Assembly (NCBI RefSeq): GCF_001545095.1
Contig: NZ_CP013213.1
Coordinates: forward strand, 1,860,001-1,892,000
Source: Erysipelothrix larvae
GTDB taxonomy: Bacteria > Bacillota_I > Bacilli_A > Erysipelotrichales > Erysipelotrichaceae
Length of the DNA stretch: 32,000 bases
Reading direction: 5' to 3'
The notes beneath the pieces were generated by a model, which saw only the letters and a list, made by a program, of their open reading frames with translations, was not told the DNA's origin and ran no database searches. Positions 26,327 to 32,000 of the stretch are shown piece by piece (positions within the stretch are counted from its first letter, which is position 1; every line of letters starts with the position of its first letter). The position numbers and the translations under genes are program-made.

Positions 26327-27021
26327 GATGATGCTCCTAAATTAAAGGTTGCATTTAGCCAATCTTCCACTGAATCTTTGGCTTGAAGCATGTTGTTTCT
26401 TGAAAGAGAAAAACCTTGATTGCTGATGGTTGCTTCAGGTTGCAGTGTTTGAAGGGTTTCTTGTGTTGTGGAAAAACCACTTCCTCCATGTACTGTAAAT
26501 GGGATGATGGTGATACCACTTAAATCTACTTGTTCTAAGAGTGAATACAGGGGCATGGGTAAATCATACCACCATATTGGATAGCCGAGAAATATCGTGT
26601 CATACGTATTTAGAAAGTTGAAGTTTTGGGTCAGTTCTGGTCGTGCTTGGGCTTCTTTTTCTTGACTGACTACTTCAACCAGTTTTTCATGATCTAAAGG
26701 GTAGGTTTGGTTCGTTTCTATTTCAATGATATCTCCACCCATCGTTTCATGAATTATGTTTGCGACACTTTCTACATTGCCATAGACGGTGTTGTTTCGG
26801 ACGACAATGCTTGCTTGCGCGTTTGAATCCGACGTGTTGTTTGCTTCATCTTCTGGCATGCTAAAGTATAAAACAAGGATCTTGGTGTTTGTATTTGGTT
26901 CGATGTTGTCTTGTTTCTGTGATGGCGTTTGTTGCGATGTTTGACAGGCACTGAGTAAGAACACCAATACTATCAAACCCATCATTTTGAAATGTTTTGT
27001 ATATTCCCCCATACCTTTCAC
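26323..27021 (-). CDS. flavodoxin-like lipoprotein
   Basis: Lipobox LLSAC after a hydrophobic h-region. The mature part begins ILVLYFS and continues ...YPIWWYDLP...FTVHGGSG, typical of the flavodoxin_4-type fold. The start codon is uncertain: GTG at 27021, or ATG at 27012 or 26985. Confidence 0.7.
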   Translation of the reverse strand: MKGMGEYTKHFKMMGLIVLVFLLSACQTSQQTPSQKQDNIEPNTNTKILVLYFSMPEDEANNTSDSNAQASIVVRNNTVYGNVESVANIIHETMGGDIIEIETNQTYPLDHEKLVEVVSQEKEAQARPELTQNFNFLNTYDTIFLGYPIWWYDLPMPLYSLLEQVDLSGITIIPFTVHGGSGFSTTQETLQTLQPEATISNQGFSLSRNNMLQAKDSVEDWLNATFNLGASS

Positions 27022-27872
27022 TAAACGTTTCTCACAAGGGATAATAAGCGCTCTACAGCCTCGGGTGTTTGGTGGTCAAAGAAGGAGCTCTTGTCTGTAT
27101 TTAGTGTTGCGATTAGGCTCATATCTTCTTCTGTTAAGCTGAAGTCAAAGATATCGAGGTTTTCTTTCATGCGTGATTTGTTGACGGTTTTCGCAAGTGG
27201 TACAATATTGCGTTGCATTAGCCAACGTAATATCACCTGTGCATTTGTTTTACCAACCCTTGATCCAATGGATGCAAGAACTGGGTTATTAAAGATATCG
27301 TGTTGTCCTTCTGCAAATGGAGCCCATGCTTGAACACAGACACCAAATTTTTCATTAATTTCAAGTGCTTTAAGTTGTTGATGGAATGGGTTCACTTCAA
27401 TTTGATTTATAGTTGGAATGATATCATTACACATTGCAAAATCAGCTAAGCGATCTGGATAGAAGTTACTCACACCAATGGCTCTGATTTTACCTTCATT
27501 GTAGAGCTGTGTCATTGCACGATAGGTACCATAGACATCGTTGAGGGGTTGGTGAATCAAGACACAATCAATATAGCTTACTCCCAAGTCATCCATAGAC
27601 TTAAGGATTGATTGATAGGCTTTGTCATACCCTGCATTACTAATCCATACTTTAGTGGTAATAAATAGGTCTTCACGCGCAACGTTTGTTTTACGAAGTG
27701 CTTCCCCTACTGCTTTTTCATTGCCATATGATTGTGCAGTGTCAATCAAACGGTATCCACATTCGATTGCATCCAATACGGATTGCACACATTGATCGTG
27801 ATCATTGATTTGAAAGACGCCAAAACCCACTGCAGGCATTAAGACGCCATTATTTAACGTTACATATTCCAT
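27021..27872 (-). CDS. aldo/keto reductase (2,5-diketo-D-gluconate reductase-like)
   Basis: MEYVTLNNGVLMPAVGFGVFQ N-terminus. Catalytic-tetrad contexts IDTAQSYGNE (Tyr), TTKVW (Lys) and LIHQP (His). The ATG at 27872 is preceded by AGGAGGACAAC, and the longer track ORF has no SD. Confidence 0.9.
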   Translation of the reverse strand: MEYVTLNNGVLMPAVGFGVFQINDHDQCVQSVLDAIECGYRLIDTAQSYGNEKAVGEALRKTNVAREDLFITTKVWISNAGYDKAYQSILKSMDDLGVSYIDCVLIHQPLNDVYGTYRAMTQLYNEGKIRAIGVSNFYPDRLADFAMCNDIIPTINQIEVNPFHQQLKALEINEKFGVCVQAWAPFAEGQHDIFNNPVLASIGSRVGKTNAQVILRWLMQRNIVPLAKTVNKSRMKENLDIFDFSLTEEDMSLIATLNTDKSSFFDHQTPEAVERLLSLVRNV

Positions 27873-28095
27873 GTTGTCCTCCTTTTGGGGTTCACCCATA
27901 CGCTTATTCTATAGTACGGTAGTAACAACCGGTCAAGGGTATTTTTGACTTTTTATCAATCTCATGATCCCACACGATAAAACCAAATAACAGGCTTTTC
28001 ACCATTGATTAATCACTGACCTATAAATCTATTTTTCTTCTATAAAATTAGCATATAATCCAACTTATTTTATAGAATTAAACGAGAAATAACTG

Positions 28096-28104
28096 TGCTA
28101 TAAT
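28096..28104 (+). promoter_or_regulatory. extended -10 element (TGcTATAAT) for the Flg_new-repeat surface protein gene
   Basis: TGCTATAAT at 28096-28104, about 55 nt upstream of the ATG at 28160. The -35 is weak. Confidence 0.5.
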
Positions 28105-28159
28105 TCGAGTAAAGGCACCTCTTTTTAGAGGATTTCATGATACACATGGGAGGGGAACT

Positions 28160-31100
28160 ATGAAAAAAGCACTTTTAATCTTTTTTTCTTTTTGTCTTGC
28201 ATTTCTTACAATGCAAACACGCGTCAGCGCAGATGCAAAAAATTTTTCTGTTATTTCAGGAGAAGAACTCATTCAAATAACACAAAACGTAAAATCGGAT
28301 GACTTCGTCTATATTTCCTTAATACAGGATATTACGGTAGACCAAACCATCACCATACCTAAAGACGTTATGATCCATCTCAATCTTAGTGGGTTTTCCC
28401 TTATGGGGGATTTTGAAGATGAAGCAATGATTCATGAAATGATTGTGATTGAAAAGGGAGGTCAACTTCATGTCAATGGAGCATCCCAAAATCAAAAAAA
28501 AGGAACGCTTTATAGTAATCACCCGTTTGATGTTGTGATTGCGAACTATGGCACTTTTTCCGCAACTGAGAGTCAGATTGGTTTACCCAGTGCTTTCAAT
28601 TCAATCATCTTACATGAAGCATCAGACACTTCATTTTTCCAAAGTCTTTTGAGTGGTGAAATAAGGACCCAACAAACCTTGGAATCACATCAGCTTTATA
28701 TCAACGATGTAATCAGTGATGTGAATCTATTTATTGATAGTAAATCAGGATTCACACACATCAATCAATCTGAATTCAAAAAGGAAAGAGGTGTGCCATC
28801 CATCATTGATTTTAGATCTGGGGATCTTCTCATTACGGATAGTATTTTGCAGTATGATATTCCATCCATAGAGAATCCAACTGGAATTATTAGTGCCACT
28901 CATTCAGGAAAAATAAGTGCACCAATAATCCTTGCATTCGCAGAGGATACAGGGGATCGTTCAATTAATGCAACCATCAAAAGAACGCAAATCATCAATA
29001 ACATGGGGACTGACCTGATTGCGATATCGAATCAACAAAGACATACACAAAGTACCATTAATCTTTTCATTCATGAGGATACCGTTTCACCCTCACGCAT
29101 CGGTATCTATGACTTTGAAGGTGTACCCTATGCATCACGCGTGAATGTTCAATATCCTGTTGTTTTCTACAATCCAGATGGCCCAGTGTTTCGTGAATAT
29201 GATCTACCAAAAGGGTATGTATTTAGTAGGAATCCATCTGAAATACCAATCCTTGATAATACATCAAAGATTACCTTTAATGGGTGGCAGTATGATATGG
29301 ATCAGCCAATTCTAGAAAAGACAGATATCTATCCCGATGTCACGATAAAACAAAACGAAACGATTGTCGTAAACTTCTTAGGATTTGATTATCTCTTAAA
29401 AGCGCAACGATCCATTCCTGCGAATACTGAGATTGACGAAGCTTATCTTATGGATTTATTCCAACTCGAAGATGGCGAAGATTATATATTTGGAGGGTGG
29501 AATCTTACGTTTTCAGATACCAGTGACGATATAACAGTAACACCCAAATCAACTACAACCCAATTAGAAGTGTCCTTTTATGATTATTATGGAAACTTCA
29601 TCACATCCATCTATGTATTCAAAGGAAACACCCTAACACAGGATCTTACACCCACCCTAAAGGATACATCGCGGTATGCCTTTGATGGATGGGATCATGA
29701 TCTCACAAACATACAAACAGATCTTGATGTACATCCTAAATCCACTGATAAAAATCCAACAAGTTATACACTTACCTATCTTGATAGCGTGGGAAATGAA
29801 ATCGCAACCTACAAAATCAATACGAACATTGATCTTGATATTGAAGAAATCTTCAATCGACATCTACTTCCAGATCGTGGAAGTCTCTTATTTAAGGGAT
29901 GGGAAGGGTTTATCCCTATTAAGGATGACATCATTCTAAGACCGCTTTATCACCCTGAAACATTTACGGTTGTCTTTTATAATTATAATGGGCAAGCGTT
30001 CACAACTGCAAACTACGAAATTGGTTCAACAATATTAGATGAAAACCTACCAATCCTTGAAGATACTTCTCGTTATACTTTCAAAGGATGGGATTCTAAG
30101 ATCGAGAACATTTCCAGCAATCTTGAGATATACCCGATCTTTGATACAAAGACACCTGAAGAAATATTGATTAAGTTCTACGATCATCAACAAAAAGTAG
30201 CCTATGTGGAAAAGGTCCCTTTTGGATCCACAATCGACCCCAAACGCCTTGAAAAAGCATACACACTTGAAGATTATGATTTTTATGAGTTTATGGGATG
30301 GAGCTGGACAACAACAGATACCACCGATGATATTCTTGTATACCCAGAATATATACGTCCATCCCACACACTCACCTTCTATGATTATCACAATAACTAC
30401 ACATCCCAGATTGACCTCTATAAAGGTGAAACCTTGGATGAAATCATCTTACCAACCCTTAAGGACACATCCCGTTATACCTTCAAAGGATGGGACATTA
30501 AAACAAATGACATCACTGAAGACATGGATATCTACCCATTATATGAAGAAAAAACACCAACAACCATTCAGATAAAACTCTTTGATTACTATGGGAAGGA
30601 AATACAACGTTTCGAAGTTCCTGTGAACTCAGAGGTTGACTTTGAAACACTTGTAGAACCTTATACACTCAATGATATCGGTAACCTGATGTTTACCGGT
30701 TGGAATTTACTTTTCTTTGATACCCATGATGACGTTAATATTTGGCCAAACTACGCCGAAGAATATGTCCACATCTCTTTTGAAGATTACCGTGGTAAGG
30801 AGTTCCACACTATCTTAATTTTTAAAGGAGACTCAATAGAACCGCACTTGTTACCAACTTTAGACTCAGATTCACGGTACACCTTCCATGGTTGGATTGG
30901 TGACTTCAACCAAATTATGTCAAACTTTAGGGCAAAACCCGACTTCACTGAAGTGTTACCTGAAACCATCACCGTTACTCTACGTGACCTTTACCAAAAT
31001 AAAAGCATCACTACAAAAGTTCCATATGGTTCAACCATAACTCTCGAAGATATCTATGCGCTATATAAACCCGCACCCGCAATTAAAGGATTTGGTAAGA

Positions 31101-31993
31101 TTTATCCTTTTGTGGGATGGGATGGGGATTTTACGGATACACACTATGATATTGATCTCTATACTGATTATGGACATCGTGGTGATGTAGAAGGGTTTGA
31201 AATCATCGAGTCTGAAGACTTTGAACCCATCATACCAAAACCGGTTCGACCTGAAATCCCAACACCACCAAAACCGGTTCAACCTGAAATACCAACACCA
31301 CCAAAACCAGTACAGCCTGAAATACCAGTACACCCAAAACCTGTAACCCCAATCAACCCACAACCTGATAAGAAACCACATACTGAAACAGACCCAGTAA
31401 TAAAACAGGCGTTGATTACAGGGAATGCAGCTGCATATCTTAAGAAAACGCCACGTGTTGCGTATCTTGAATCTGTATTTGAAAAACCACTGGATACCAT
31501 TAATATCAGCATACCAACACTGACACACGATATACTTGATGCATACATTGCATCAATCAAAAAAACACTTACAAACCAAACAATATCCAATGTCTTTGTG
31601 GTTTCTATCACACCACAAGACATAGACCAAACTAACATCACTTCAGTCGATGGCGTGGTCAGCATTACCCTAAACATACCCGATTCAATTGATCCATCCA
31701 AGACAATCGCTGTATATCATGTGAACCATGATACAACCATGACACAGCTTAAGAGTACACTCAATCAAGATGGTACCCTAACCTTTGAAGCCACTGAGTT
31801 TAGTCACTTTGTGATTACAAATATCATTGAAACACAAAGTATACACACTCCAAGTACACAAACATCAAAGACACAATCACCATCTCAAACACTACCACGT
31901 TCTGGTGTTTCAACACACTATGGACACTATGTCAGTATCCTACTTGGATGTACATTGTTATTTGTTGAAAGTAAAAAAAGAACAAAACGTTAA
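28160..31993 (+). CDS. LPXTG-type (LPRSG) surface protein with about 10 Listeria-Bacteroides (Flg_new / InlB B-repeat) units and a Pro-rich stalk
   Basis: SD GGGAGGGG, signal peptide ending VSADA, and a roughly 330-aa N-terminal domain I cannot identify. Ten units each end in an aromatic-x-GW motif (FNGW, FGGW, FDGW, FKGW, FMGW, FTGW, FHGW, FVGW). PKPVxPEIPxP repeats follow, then LPRSG, a helix and KKRTKR. Confidence 0.9.
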   Translation: MKKALLIFFSFCLAFLTMQTRVSADAKNFSVISGEELIQITQNVKSDDFVYISLIQDITVDQTITIPKDVMIHLNLSGFSLMGDFEDEAMIHEMIVIEKGGQLHVNGASQNQKKGTLYSNHPFDVVIANYGTFSATESQIGLPSAFNSIILHEASDTSFFQSLLSGEIRTQQTLESHQLYINDVISDVNLFIDSKSGFTHINQSEFKKERGVPSIIDFRSGDLLITDSILQYDIPSIENPTGIISATHSGKISAPIILAFAEDTGDRSINATIKRTQIINNMGTDLIAISNQQRHTQSTINLFIHEDTVSPSRIGIYDFEGVPYASRVNVQYPVVFYNPDGPVFREYDLPKGYVFSRNPSEIPILDNTSKITFNGWQYDMDQPILEKTDIYPDVTIKQNETIVVNFLGFDYLLKAQRSIPANTEIDEAYLMDLFQLEDGEDYIFGGWNLTFSDTSDDITVTPKSTTTQLEVSFYDYYGNFITSIYVFKGNTLTQDLTPTLKDTSRYAFDGWDHDLTNIQTDLDVHPKSTDKNPTSYTLTYLDSVGNEIATYKINTNIDLDIEEIFNRHLLPDRGSLLFKGWEGFIPIKDDIILRPLYHPETFTVVFYNYNGQAFTTANYEIGSTILDENLPILEDTSRYTFKGWDSKIENISSNLEIYPIFDTKTPEEILIKFYDHQQKVAYVEKVPFGSTIDPKRLEKAYTLEDYDFYEFMGWSWTTTDTTDDILVYPEYIRPSHTLTFYDYHNNYTSQIDLYKGETLDEIILPTLKDTSRYTFKGWDIKTNDITEDMDIYPLYEEKTPTTIQIKLFDYYGKEIQRFEVPVNSEVDFETLVEPYTLNDIGNLMFTGWNLLFFDTHDDVNIWPNYAEEYVHISFEDYRGKEFHTILIFKGDSIEPHLLPTLDSDSRYTFHGWIGDFNQIMSNFRAKPDFTEVLPETITVTLRDLYQNKSITTKVPYGSTITLEDIYALYKPAPAIKGFGKIYPFVGWDGDFTDTHYDIDLYTDYGHRGDVEGFEIIESEDFEPIIPKPVRPEIPTPPKPVQPEIPTPPKPVQPEIPVHPKPVTPINPQPDKKPHTETDPVIKQALITGNAAAYLKKTPRVAYLESVFEKPLDTINISIPTLTHDILDAYIASIKKTLTNQTISNVFVVSITPQDIDQTNITSVDGVVSITLNIPDSIDPSKTIAVYHVNHDTTMTQLKSTLNQDGTLTFEATEFSHFVITNIIETQSIHTPSTQTSKTQSPSQTLPRSGVSTHYGHYVSILLGCTLLFVESKKRTKR
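31235..31366 (+). repeat. 33-bp tandem coding repeat (four units, the last degenerate) encoding PKPV(R/Q)PEIPTP
   Basis: CCAAAACCGGTTC(G/A)ACCTGAAAT(C/A)CCAACACCA is repeated head to tail at 31235, 31268, 31301 and 31334. Confidence 0.8.
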
Positions 31994-32000
31994 TGCTTAT

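Noticed and set aside
27091-30972. Assorted short ORFs (27091, 28319, 29657, 29676, 30047, 30204, 30787) overlapping the AKR and Flg_new-repeat genes.
   Set aside because: All lie within, or antisense to, long CDSs that have strong SD sequences and clear domain content.
31061-31701. Two minus-strand ORFs (155 and 140 aa) rich in W, F, C and G.
   Set aside because: They are antisense to the Pro-rich repeat region of the 1277-aa surface protein. GGT/TGG-rich reverse frames of CCA/ACC repeats stay open by chance.
1-32000. A by-eye search for tRNA, rRNA, riboswitch-like leaders, CRISPR repeats, IS elements and phage integrases.
   Set aside because: I recognised none of these. The intergenic hairpins found are adequately explained as terminators. 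A computational scan (tRNAscan-SE, Infernal/Rfam, ISEScan) is needed to exclude them formally.

Overview
AT-rich sequence from a low-GC Gram-positive bacterium. The protein repertoire looks like Bacillota, possibly Erysipelotrichales, but I cannot verify taxonomy from sequence alone. The window is a cell-envelope and cell-surface island and has five parts. (1) At the left edge is the C-terminal lobe of an ABC/SMC-type ATPase, translationally coupled to a 97-aa ORF. This may be the tail of a conflict/defence locus and is truncated by the window. (2) A minus-strand block at 1.5-10.1 kb holds three paralogous LtaS-type (sulfatase-fold) transferases. Two of them sit in a duplicated cassette of small membrane protein, LtaS-like enzyme and DAG-kinase-family lipid kinase, and a VanZ-RDD fusion gene lies between the cassettes. 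(3) Next come a MupG/DUF871-like gene, a membrane-anchored sortase-like protein that lacks the catalytic Arg, and a HAD hydrolase. (4) Two paralogous GLUG/Big_2/MBG surface adhesin genes with LPXTG-type anchors follow, one of which would be about 2470 codons if continuous. Each is interrupted by exactly one in-frame stop codon (TAG at 15258-15260, TGA at 24666-24668). In both cases the stop separates the signal peptide and head from the wall-anchored body. Both genes are preceded by the same perfect 16-bp palindrome, TTTCGTTATAACGAAA. The giant gene contains three near-identical 1128-bp tandem repeats. (5) The right side holds an aldo-keto reductase, flavodoxin-like lipoprotein and NTF2-like operon, then a 1277-aa LPXTG-type protein built from about 10 Listeria-Bacteroides (Flg_new) repeats. 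I recognised no tRNA, rRNA, CRISPR array, transposase or integrase. All functional calls rest on motif recognition by eye. No database search was run.
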